Below, one piece after another: positions 1-11,370 of a stretch of DNA of 64,000 bases; the stretch's first letter is position 1, and each line of letters starts with the position of its first letter. Position numbers and translations under genes: made by a program. The stretch is from Tubulanus polymorphus (taxonomy: Eukaryota > Animalia > Nemertea). The DNA is taken from positions 3,948,778-4,012,777 of the forward strand of contig NC_134030.1 of the NCBI RefSeq assembly GCF_964204645.1, read 5' to 3'. The notes beneath the pieces are model-generated. The model had not been told where the DNA came from. It worked only from the letters and a program-made list of their open reading frames with translations, and did not search any database.

Positions 1-225
1 TACAACAGCGTTAGAGGGTGGCAACCATCTCTTGTAACCAGCGACATGACAAATATGGTTGTTTCCGAACGTTCAACTGGCCCTTCGTTCATTCTTCCAC
101 CACATCACCTTCCGTTACCTATCAATGAATATCGCCTGCTGCATTATTTTATAGGTTACTTTTTACAGATATGAAAATTATGCGTAATATTCGTGATCCT
201 TAATGTTTTGTTTTTTTCATTCCAG

Positions 226-974
226 ATTTGGATGTTTTAACAGCAATACAGAAAAACAAGTCTGAAGCAGCCCGCGAAGCTCGTAACATCTTTGGAGCTT
301 TCGTTAACAGGTGCGTTGACTCCCTTCGCGAGCCTGAGGAGCAAGCTCCTCCATTAGTTATTGTGCCACCTTTTGAGCTTGCTCTTCCGCAGGAGGCGGA
401 CCCTGCTCCTGTACATCTGGAGCAGGAGGACGCCCCTGCCGTGGGGACCCCGACAGAGGCCCCACCGCTTCAGACGCCCGCACTGCGTCGGTCGCCCCGT
501 AGAAATAAAAATCCAGATATCAATTATGCAATAGGTTCGGGGCGTCCCAAAACAAAAAAGGGCAAACGTGCGGCTCGTCCTCCTCCACCGAGACAACCAA
601 ATTTTGAGGAGGAGAGCAGTGATGAGGAGGAATTCGCCACTCCTGGAGCGACATCACCACCAGGGCCCGCAACACCACCACCACCACCACCATCAACTGG
701 ACCAGCATCAACGATACCACGAATTAGACGAAACAAAAGAAGAATAGAAGAAGAAAATGAAAATAATGAAACACCTAATATTACACCCGCCCAGGCGTCA
801 ACATCGGGCGCTCCAGTGGGGGCGCCACCCTCCCCCGCTGTTGAGCTTATCGCGCGCGGCCCTGGTTGGTCTAAAAACATTGATTACCACGATCCCATCA
901 AAATGCTCCGCGATGTTGAAGGGGCCTTTAAAGGAAAATTTCAAATGGTTAAACGTCGGCGAACATCAAAGTAA
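226..974 (+). CDS. Terminal coding exon of the unit gene (Pro-rich, basic, putative nuclear protein); upstream exons lie outside the window
   Basis: GC-rich open frame preceded by a pyrimidine tract and acceptor ttttcattccag|at (AG at 224-225); no ATG of its own downstream of the acceptor near the start; near-identical copies at 33349 and 61163. Confidence 0.8.
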
Positions 975-1408
975 ATCAGCCCCTTCACTCGCCATCACCC
1001 GGGCAACAACATCAGCCCACGCACGTCTGCAGATCGGCACTTCTTGAAACTCAGTTTTCCCTTCCTCCTTCGTCGATCTGCAGGTCACGCAGTGTTAAAT
1101 ATCTGTCAACACTCCTTGAACCAGTGGGCGTGCAGTCCTTCCTTACTTTTATTTTGAAAAATATAAAAACAAAAAACCAGACCTTTATTTAATCATTGTT
1201 TTTATGGAGTTTTTACGGTTTCTCCAAAAAAATTTAAAATGACACAAATATAAAAAAATTCATTAACATTTCATCAATTTATTTATTTTTTGGATTAAAA
1301 GAAATTTTTTTCCATCATCTCCCATTCTCATTCATATACATTTTAAATCATTTATTCATTTGTTTTTTGACTGTACGTCCCACTGTGTTCCATACCATTT
1401 TTGCAAAA

Positions 1409-1840
1409 CCTTATTCATTAAGGTCCATTTTGCTTCTCACGATGCTGAAGCATTTACCATTTTTGCATTTCCTCTTGCAACACCTTATTAACTATGGTTC
1501 ATTTTGCTTCTCACAATGCTGAAGCATTTACCATCCTCGCATTACCTCTTACCATGTCTTATTAACGAAGGTTCATTTTGCTTCTCACGATGCTGAAGCA
1601 TTTACCATCCTCGCGTTACCTCTTACAACACCTTATTAACTAAGGTTCATTGTGCTCCTCATGATGCTGAAGCATTTACCATCCTTGCATTACCTCTTAC
1701 AACACCTTATTAACTAAGGTTCATTTTGCTTCTCATGATGCTGAAGCATTTACCATCCTTGCATTACCTCTTACAACACCTTATTAACTAAGGTTCATTG
1801 TGCTTCTCATGATGCTGAAGCATTTACCATTTTTGCATGG
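1409..1840. repeat. 74-bp tandem repeat, about 6 copies (about 5 in units 2 and 3: 34538-34890, 62349-62700)
   Basis: Monomer ttattaactaaggttcattttgcttctcatgatgctgaagcatttaccatccttgcattacctcttacaacacc; period measured 1633 to 1707. Confidence 0.95.
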
Positions 1841-3626
1841 TCTTTCTTATGAGTCATCTATTCTAACGCTATGGTCGGCCATGTAAAATCTCTTTCGGGA
1901 TATGCAGGGAATCAATTCCTATAATAACTCCTATGGAGTTTGAAAAAGGTGGATTTTTCAAATCAAAAGGAACAGCATTCACATGTGATTCCTTATTGAA
2001 CTAGGAACGTGGAGAAGGAATAGCTATGTTTCACACACATAATGCGTTTCCTTATGAAGCTGAAAATAACGTGGAGAAGGAACAGCTATGTTTCACATAA
2101 TGCGATTCCTTAGGAAACTACATTGAAACAGATTGTTCAATGTTCCATGTTGCCCCCTCCCCCAAATACTATGACGTTTATACGTCAAGTGTAAAACCAT
2201 TATATCGTTATAAACATACTTGTTTTTCTAATTACAGAATTAAAGATTAATTTAATATGACATGAAAACTTGAATGATTGAAATGTTAATATCTAATGCT
2301 CAACAACGGAGGAAAATCCTTCACATGTGAGCGGAAGGATCGAAAATGTTTACTCAGGAAGGAAAAGGAATATATATTTATATACGTGAGATTGCTTGGA
2401 TTAAAAATTGCACAAGAAAGGAAACCACAGCAAAGACTACGGTAATCAATTTCATCACATTTCTAAGGTGCGAAAGTTCACTGGATCAGTGATCAATCCA
2501 TGAATTTACGAGTTCTTAATTGAACATGCAAAAATCTGCAAAAATGCAATGATAAAGAATCTTGGATAAAAAAAGAATAAAATAAAGACCTTGGATTAGA
2601 GAATTATACGTAATCACTACAGTGATCAGGTTTTATTGATAGATATTGATCTCTACTTATCCTAAGGATCACCAGGATGAAGATTTTAAGACTCTTGTTA
2701 GATAATCTGCATCTCTTGTTGAAATCAATAAGGCATATGAGAGAGGAGGTCTGAGATATGAGAGAGGAGGTTCAGGGATATGAGAGTTAATGGAGATATG
2801 ATAGAGGAGTTTATGGAGATATGAATGATAGAGGATTTTATGGAGATATGATAGAGGAGTTTATAGAGATATGATAGAGGAGATGGTCTAAAAGGAAAAT
2901 TGTTAAGTCCATAACAATCGAGCAACTCAGTAATAGACGCCACTCTGATATAAGTAACTCCTGGTCCTCGATTGGGGTCTAGATTGCAGGAATTGCATTT
3001 AGCAATTTAAATATGGTTGATAGAGCGTGGAATTGTTTCCGTGTAGTCATGCAATGCACAAAACACACATCAGATTAAGGCTGTTGAGAGGGAATTATCA
3101 ATAGATGAAGTTGGTTTCAAGAGGTTGATCATTCATATGGCAGTTAATCAGATCAGGTTCTCAGGTGCTTCCTTGGTCCCCAAAAACTGCATAAGTTGTA
3201 TCAAAGTATGTGATATAACCTACTAATTGATTGCGTAAAAAGAGGCTACTTGTAGTTTCTCAGCCACTTTGCAATTATTGTTGTAAAGAGGTCACAAAAT
3301 CAGACCAGCACCACCAATAGATTTCTATTGAATAGTTAGTGTTGTAATTTTTGTGGTTCCAGTTTTTTTTTCACTTTCCGAGATAGAACAAAATTCCTAG
3401 ATTTTGGGTCCTTCAGTGCTGAAATTCTATTTTATCACAAATTTTAAGTTTCCTAATCTTAACTTTGCAAAAATTTGAACAAAAATTTTTAAAAAAATTC
3501 TTAAAAAATGAGAAATTAAAAAAAGTATAGGCCCTAATAGACATATTTTATGATAACTTTCTTAATTAAGGAGTCATCAAACGAGATAATATGAGGTATT
3601 TGAGATTGTCATGAGTTTGAACTTAC

Positions 3627-3851
3627 TTAATTCACAAAGCACGCCGAGGGAGGTGCGATCTAAGGTCAGGACCTTGGCGCGCACAGCCTCCATAAAGCTA
3701 CGAAAAAGATCTGCTTTATTAGTTGACATCGTTGACAGTTGGTATTTTCTTTCCGTTTTTTTTTTACTGCTGACTTTTGACTGCTGACTACTGACTGTTG
3801 ACTGATGACTCTGACTGCTGACTGCTGACTGCTGCTGACTGCTGACTGCTG
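3627..3851 (-). pseudogene. Inverted paralog of exon 2 of the unit gene (ATG at 3729; MSTNKADLFRSFMEAVRAKVLTLDRTSLGVLCEL); functional status unknown
   Basis: 18/34 aa identical to MSSKYDIFSGLLKVVRAEVLTLDPVSLGAFCDL; same phase-1 a|gtaagt donor; same ag|cagcag acceptor and CAG-rich 5'UTR; upstream intron similarity (aaccatgactcgaatccatagaaa at about 4452-4476 vs about 26262-26286). Confidence 0.8.
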
Positions 3852-4065
3852 CTGAAATGTAAAAAAGAAATTCTATGAAAATCAAGAATTAAATCGAAAA
3901 TGGTCAGTTTTAAGGAATACTCATCAAACTGAGTTTATATCCTAAACAATTGATACCCAGCAAAAAAAAATTTAAATAAAAATCATTTAATGAATGAACA
4001 TTAAAATTGTCGCTATTATTTAAACGTTATTCCAAGAAGCCACCGGAGTTAATCTCAATTTCAGT

Positions 4066-4420
4066 TGGCTACGAAATAGATCTGCTTTAGTTGACATCTT
4101 GATGTTCTTTAGTTGATATTTTCTCTATGTTTTCCTTCTGCTGACTGTTGACTGCTGACTGTTGACTGTTGACTCTGACTGATGACTGCTGACTGCTGAC
4201 TGCTGCTGAAATGTAAAAAAAGATATTCTATGAAAATCAAGAATTAAATCGAAAATGGTCAGTTTTAAGGAATACTCATCAAACTGAGTTTATATCCTAA
4301 ACAATTGATACCCAGCAAAAAAAAAATTGAAATAAAAATCATTTAATGAATGAACATTAAAATTGTCGCTATTATTTAAACATTATTCCAAGAAGCCACC
4401 GGAGTTAATCTCAATTTCAA
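4066..4420 (-). pseudogene. Second, truncated tandem copy of the inverted exon-2 paralog (MSTKADLFRS, then broken)
   Basis: About 355-bp duplication of 3710-4065; ATG at 4097; similarity to the coding part ends after about 10 codons. Confidence 0.75.
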
Positions 4421-7387
4421 AGCCAGTTGGCTGCGTTTCTCGAATGAATATTTTCTATGGATTCGAGTCATGGTTGAATCCTAATGATCACCGGGATAAA
4501 GATTCTGAGTTTAAGATTCTTGTTAGATTAATCTGCATCTCTTGTTGAAATCAATAAGGCATATGAGAGAGGAGGTCTGAGATATGAGAGAGGCAGTTGG
4601 GGAGGTATGAGAGTGGAGGTTCAGGAGAGTGGAGGTTCAGGAGAGAGGAGGTTCAGGGAATATGAGAGTTTATGGAGATATAATAGAGGAGTTTATGGAA
4701 GTATGATAGACGAATTTATGGAGATATGATAGGGGAGTTTATGGAGATATCATAGAGGAGTTTAAGGAGATATCATAGAGGAGATTGTCTAAAAGGAAAA
4801 TTGTTAAGTTCATAACAATCGAGCAACTCAGTAATAGACACCGCTCTGATAAAGTAACTTCTGGTCCTCAATTGCGGTCTGAATTGCAAGAATTGCGTTT
4901 AGCAATTTAAATATGGTTGATAGAGCGTGGAATTGTTTCCATGTAGGCGTGCAATGCACAAAACACACATCAGATTAAGGCTGTTGAGATGGAATTATCA
5001 GTAGATTTAAGTAATCGACGATGAATTTGGTTTCAAGAGGTTGATCATTCATATGGCAGTTAATCAGATCAGGTTCTCAGATGCTTCCTTGGTCCCCAAA
5101 AACTGCATAAGTTGTATCAAAGTATGTGATATAACCTACTAATTTATTACATGAAAAGAGGCTACTTGTAGTTTCTCAGCCACTTTGCAATTATTGTTGT
5201 AAAGAGGTCCCAAAATCCGACCAGCACCACCAATAGATTTCTACAGAACAGTTAGTGTTGTAATTTTTGTGGTTCCAGTTTTTTTTCACTGTCCGAGATA
5301 ATAAAAAATTCCTAAATTTTGAGTCCTTCAGTGCTGAAATTCCATTTTATCACAAATTTTAAGTTTCCTAATCTTAACTTTGCTAAAATTTGAACTTTTC
5401 CTATTCTATTTCTTGTCAAAGATTTCATTCCAGTTCTCAAAATGATTTGCAGTTTTTTAATGTCTGCGAAATATCGTCAGTTATTTTCCTGGATTCATAT
5501 TTATTATTGCCCAAAATCATATCTCATATGAATTATTATTACTATTATTGGATTTTTTTTTCGCTGATTGATTATAGATCTTTTGGGGTTTGGTTTCATA
5601 TTATGATTGATCAAGGTGATCCATCTAAAACTGTTTCATAAATTTTGAAATATTCATATATTCATATTTGAAAACAATTTCGTTGATACTTCTAAACTAG
5701 TAATTCTACAAAAATTCTAAAAACAATTTTACACGTATCTTACGACTATTCTAGAAATGATTTCAAATTATATCAATTTTAATGTAACTATTTTATCTGA
5801 ATTTTTAATCTATTAAAGTAACTATTTTATATCTGCATTTTAAAATACCTATGATATCTAAAAACTATTTTATCTGAATTTTAATCTATTAAGGTAACTA
5901 TTTAATATCTGAATTTTGAAATACTTTTGATATCGAAAAACTATTTTATCTGAATATTATACTATTTAATGTGTGTGTATTTTATCTCAAAGTATCTTTA
6001 AACTATTTTATTTGTATGTATATAAAAAAAATATCTCATTTGTATATATTTTAAAACTATTTAATTTGTACATATTTTGGAACACTTTTAGAACAATGTT
6101 TTATTTGTATTATAATACTAGCTAAAAGTTCAATTTGATGAAATATTTTATATATGACTATCACTGTGTATATTCGAACCTCAGTGATTTCATGAATGGA
6201 ATAACTGAAGGTCCAGGTTTTATCACTGAATACTCTTTGACACAATTACGTGGTCCACAACACAGATATAAATAGTGGTTATATAAAAGGCCCATGTTGT
6301 ATATAATGCACGCGTAAAGAGCTTTTACTCATAGTTGATATAGGCTCAGTAAACATGAAATGTGTTCAAGAACTTTTTCTCGTACTTTTCTTACCTTTTT
6401 TCTTGAGAATTTTTTTTTCAATTTTCTATTTTACAACGGAAGATCTACTCATTTTTCGTAGATGTTTCACTATCATGGAATGCGATAAATAATAAGAAAC
6501 AGTCCAAGTGTATTTTTGATAGGATATTTTCAGCTTCCCGACGTATGAAATTGACATAGGTTATTCAAGCCTAGGTTCAGAAAATCACTACTAGGTGGCA
6601 TGTCAGATTATTACCGTAGTTCAATTACATCAAATGAATATGATAACATAACCAATTGTAGTACGAACAGTAACAATAAACTTAATTTTCCTGCATAAGA
6701 TACAGAAAGTAGTAAAAGTCCAATACTATTTCTGAATTAGAATTTCCTCTAGCCTAAATGCTAGCGGTCATGTTATCATTTTTATCCAACGTCGTCACGG
6801 CTTTTTCAAAACTCGTCTTTGATCGTAATGATAATCTATAGTATTTTTGGAAATGATACAGATCAGCACAAATTTGATGTCATCAAAACAAAATATGTCG
6901 CTGAAAACATCATATGAAAAATACACTCCGATTGTTTTTTTTAATTTATTTCGTTCCATACAAAACCGTACTCAGCTCCACAGTTTGATTCGGATACAAG
7001 ACTTACAAGAATTTAGATACATAAAATTACATTACTGTTGAACTGGGTTTTGTTAAGTTGTGAGCATGACGTTTATAATTCACTAGTGTGTTTGTTTTAA
7101 GTTAGCCTTATCTTAAATTAGTTAGTTTTGGTTTAGTTATTTGTATCAATTTTTGCTGTTTGAATTTAATTCGTTCCAGTTGATTTAAGTCTAGTTTAGT
7201 TTAAGTTTTAGTTAGTTTAGGTCAAGTTGATTTACTAAATGCAGTTAACTTAAAACCTCTGATAAACTGAGGGTCAATTTATCTTATGATAAGTTACACT
7301 CAGGTACATTATAAATCAATAATCCGGTTTAAGATCTCATTATTTTATGCAGTTTAGAGATTTTCACTGAATAGAATAGTAACAATA

Positions 7388-8358
7388 GAACTGAGGGTTA
7401 ATTCATCATCGTTGAAATTACTCTCAAGATCATCATTAAAACAATGAATGAACTGAGGGTAAATTCATCATCGTTGAAATTACTCTCAGGATCATCATTA
7501 AAACAATGAATGAACTGAGGGTAAATTCATCATTGTTGAAATTACTCTCAGGATCATCATTAAAAAAATGAATGATCTGAGGGTAAATTCATCATTGTTG
7601 GAATTACTCTCAGGATCATCATTAAAACAATGAATGAACTGAGGGTAAATTCATCATTGTTGAAATTACTCTCAGGATCATCATTAAAACAATGAATGAA
7701 CTGAGGGTAAATTCATCATTGTTGAAATTACTCTCAGGATCATCATTAAAACAATGAATGAACTGAGGGTAAATTCATCATTGTTGAAATTACTCTCAGC
7801 ATCATCATTAAAACAATGAATGAACTGAGGGTAAATTCATCATTGTTGAAATTACTCTCAGGATCATCATAAAAACAATGAATGAACTGAGGGTAAATTT
7901 ATCATGGTTGAAATTACTCTCAGGATCATCATTAAAACAATGAATGAACTGAGGGTAAATTCATCATTGTTGAAATTACTCTCAGGATCATCATAAAAAC
8001 AATGAATGAACTGAGGGTAAATTTATCATGGTTGAAATTACTCTCAGGATCATCATTAAAACAATGAATGAACTGAGGGTAAATTTATCATGGTTGAAAT
8101 TACTCTTGGGATCATCATTAAAACAATGAATGAACTGAGGGTAAATTTATCATGGTTGAAATTACTCTCAGGATCATCATTAAAAAATGAATGAACTGAG
8201 GGTAAATTTATCATGGTTGAAATTACTCTCAGGATCATCATTAAAACAATGAATGAACTAAGGGTAAATTTATCATGGTTGAAATTACTCTCAGGATCAT
8301 CATTAAAACAATGAATGAACTGAGGGTAAATTCATCATTGTTGAAATTGCTCTCAGTT
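7388..8358. repeat. 62-bp hairpin-forming tandem repeat, 16 copies (11 copies at 38537-39197)
   Basis: Monomer gaactgagggtaaattcatcattgttgaaattactctcaggatcatcattaaaacaatgaat; internal dyad ctgagggtaa/ttactctcag. Confidence 0.97.
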
Positions 8359-8883
8359 CATTGAAAATATTTTAGCATTAACACCAGTTTTAATTACCCC
8401 TCCCCCTGTTTTCTTGTTAATTGATAGTTACATCACAAGTTATAGAATAGATGATTGGGTTTTTTTGGGACCTAAGTGTGTTCACTTTTTATCTGTAATT
8501 TGTCTGTTTTGGAAGCGCTTCAATGGATTGTCTTGAGATTTTGGTTTATGCACATATCTACCCTAGACACGCATCTGCAGCCCAAAACTGACAGAGAATC
8601 AAGATAGCTGACTGGTAGCCATCATGGAAATAGAATTATATACAATGTTTTCATCAGTTTTGGTACCTACGCATTTTACTGCAATCAATTGCAAATTTCT
8701 AGCATTGTTTTTTGTTGTGTTTACCAAGGGCATTGAATATTGAAATTGTCAGATTCTCAAGCATTGCACAGAGTGGGCATGGTGTCCCTGCACCCTTTGT
8801 TTTTTTATTTTCTCACCGCTTTCAAGGTTCTCGTACACATTTCATGCAGCTTTTTCATTCAATATCGATGTCATCCTCACTTG

Positions 8884-9210
8884 CCAGGTTTTAATTGTCA
8901 TCTGCCGAAGCCCATGCCAACACGATCCTTGGCCGCAAACTCTTCATTGGTCTCTTACATTGCTCAAGATTTCCTGGTTAGACAGGTTACCACTGAGCGG
9001 CCACCAGTCTATGTATTAAGTAAATCGGATGCGTTGTTTTTCGCCGGCAGTCTTGCAGCCGGCATCTGATTGACTGGATATAAAGACTGGTGGCCGCTTA
9101 GCAGCAACCTGTCGACCCGAGAGATCTTGGACAACATAATGGACCAATGAAGGGTTTGCGTGCAGGGTTTGTGTTAGCGTGAGTGCCGGTGGGCGGCAAT
9201 AAAACCCTGG
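8884..9210. repeat. Long imperfect inverted repeat (arms 8884-9032 and 9062-9210, 29-nt loop); candidate hairpin RNA
   Basis: Manual alignment of the left arm with the reverse complement of the right arm: 149 nt, no gaps, about 40 differences. Confidence 0.92.
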
Positions 9211-10369
9211 TGATTGAGGATGTATCGATGTACATATCAACGCATGAATAGCCAAACATTATAGGCGGCATTATTATTGGGAGGTTCACCTGGCCTAATA
9301 TACTGCGCGGTAAAAAAAACACTCTTTCTGTGGTTGTGTAGTACCAGTAATTGATGATCATCGAGTGAGTGATTGGCCTGGCCCAGTTATTCCAATTGGA
9401 AATCACTTTGGTTTTGATTATGATTGGTATAAAATATTTCATCAAATCGATTGACACATTTTATCCGTACTAACACTACTTGTACATATTGTAAAGTTGT
9501 AAATAGCTTTTTATTTATATTTCTTTTATTTTATTATTTTATATTCTTTTATTTTATATTATATTTCTTTTTAGATTTTTAATTGATTTCGATTTTCTAA
9601 TTGTAAATATTTTTTAGATATCCTTTTAACTTTGGATTTTTAATGATTATTTAAACTTTTTAAAAGTAATTTTAAAACTTTTTAATTTTCTTATCATCAT
9701 AATGTCTATACATCGAATAGGACTATTTTAGTGAAAATTTTGATATAGATTTAATTGATGATTAATATTTTTAATTTTATTGAATAATTTTAGTATTCAA
9801 AACAACAGAATGAATGCATTCCATCTTAGTTTGATACTGATATTTCTTTTCACTGGTTTTTCATTGACTCATGTCGAATCTATTGTTTTAGCCACATTTG
9901 TACCTATAAGTTTGGATTAGCCCTGCCTCCTTGACATTGCTGATGATTGATTTCAGATTTTCAGCGTCTGATTACATTTGGTATTAATTCAATGCTACAT
10001 TCTGTTTTGTTGGTTTTATTTCATATGAACATTTTTAAAGATGACCTTTGTCGAATACTTAGTAGTGCAGAGGTTAAAACAATTATAGAATTTTATAGAA
10101 TTGTCTAAAATACTGTACCTAGTAACATATGAGTAGTGTTGCTAGTGTACCTCTATTTACAAGTTGTCCGTGGTACGATGTAAAACTGCCTCTTTTAAAC
10201 AATACGTTTTAGCAATACATTTTATAAGTGATTTTTATCTGTTTGTCCTGTGGTATGACGTTAAACTGCCTCTTTTTAACAGTTTTTATCATTTTTTATC
10301 GTTTTTACCCATATGTTTTATTGTTTTTACCCATATGTTTTATCATTTTTATCACCCCTTCTTTTTCTA

Positions 10370-10636
10370 CCTGTCTCTATTCTATCCCTTTCTGTCTCTA
10401 TTCTATCCCTCTCTGCCTCTATCCTTTCCCTCTCTGTCTCTATCCTTTCCCTCTCTCTATCCTTTCCCTCTTCTATCTAACCCACTAACTCTCTCTTCTT
10501 CTCTCTCTAACCCACTAACTCTCTCCTCTCCTTTCTTCCTCTCACCACTCTCCTTCCTACTCCCTCCTCTCTCTCTTCTCTCTCCCTCCTCACTCTCCTT
10601 TATCTCTCTTTCTTTTCTCTCTCCCTCTCTCTCTCT
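10370..10636. repeat. CT-rich polypyrimidine low-complexity tract (also about 41210-41475)
   Basis: ctctctctatcctttccctct-type degenerate repeats; the ORFs called here are low-complexity artefacts. Confidence 0.9.
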
Positions 10637-10900
10637 TGTAAATATTGTAAATTTGTAAATAGTAGTATTTATTTCTCTTTTTGTATCTTTCTTGTAAATA
10701 TTGTAAATTTGTAAATAGTGGTTTTTATTTCTCCTTTTTTAACTTTCTTGTAAATATTGTACATTTGTAAATAGTAGTTTTTATTTCTCTCTCTCTCTTT
10801 TTTTAACTTTCTTGTAAATGTTGTAAATTTGTAAATATTAGTTTTTATTTCTTTTTTTTAACTTTCTTGTAAATTTGTAAATAGTAGTTTTTATTTCTAT
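10637..10900 (+). repeat. ~55-bp minisatellite rich in TGTAAATA
   Basis: cttgtaaatattgtaaatttgtaaatagtagtttttatttct repeated about 5 times. Confidence 0.85.
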
Positions 10901-11370
10901 TTCTTTTCTAAACTGTCTCTTTTAAACAATACGTTTTATCAATAGATTTTATCAGCGATTTTTATCTGTTTTGTCCTGTGGTATGACGTTAAACTGCCTC
11001 TTTTAAACATACGTTTTATCAATACATTTTATCAGTAATTTGTAAATACATTCGTAGCATTGATACCATTGCAATACATTAGTCCCTCCTCCTTTTGATT
11101 AAGTACACCCAATCATTTACTAACAAGTGATGGTTAAATACACTTGCAAACTAGCAGATCAGAGATCTCAGGACGCAACATCACTTCAATCCTTATTTCT
11201 TGACATATACCTGGTAATATAAAATGCTCTTTTTACCTTGTGACAAAATGTCTTCGATATAAGAAGCTACTATTTGCTTAACTAGAATCTTCTTTCAAAT
11301 ATTATAATATCACTGGTTTGCAATATACTTAACCCTCATTGGTCGCAGCTATTACAATCATCTCAACAAC

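Larger units (their letters stand above)
2690..5395. repeat. Diverged direct duplication of about 800 bp (2690-3480 and 4510-5395), each with a GA-rich ~23-bp minisatellite
   Basis: Both copies read ...ctgcatctcttgttgaaatcaataaggcatatgagagagg...cagattaaggctgttgag...tcctaatcttaactttgc; units 2 and 3 have one copy only. Confidence 0.9.

Noticed and set aside
354-1047. Overlapping antisense and alternate-frame ORFs over the terminal exon
   Set aside because: Shadow ORFs of a GC-rich exon with no independent start or splice support.
8740-9255. Similar peptides encoded on opposite strands (ANSSLVSY... and ANPSLVHY...)
   Set aside because: Direct consequence of the inverted repeat; the minus frame is shifted by a 2-nt insertion in unit 2.
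10164-10658. 164-aa Leu/Ser/Phe-rich ORF
   Set aside because: Translation of a CT low-complexity tract; its end differs between units.
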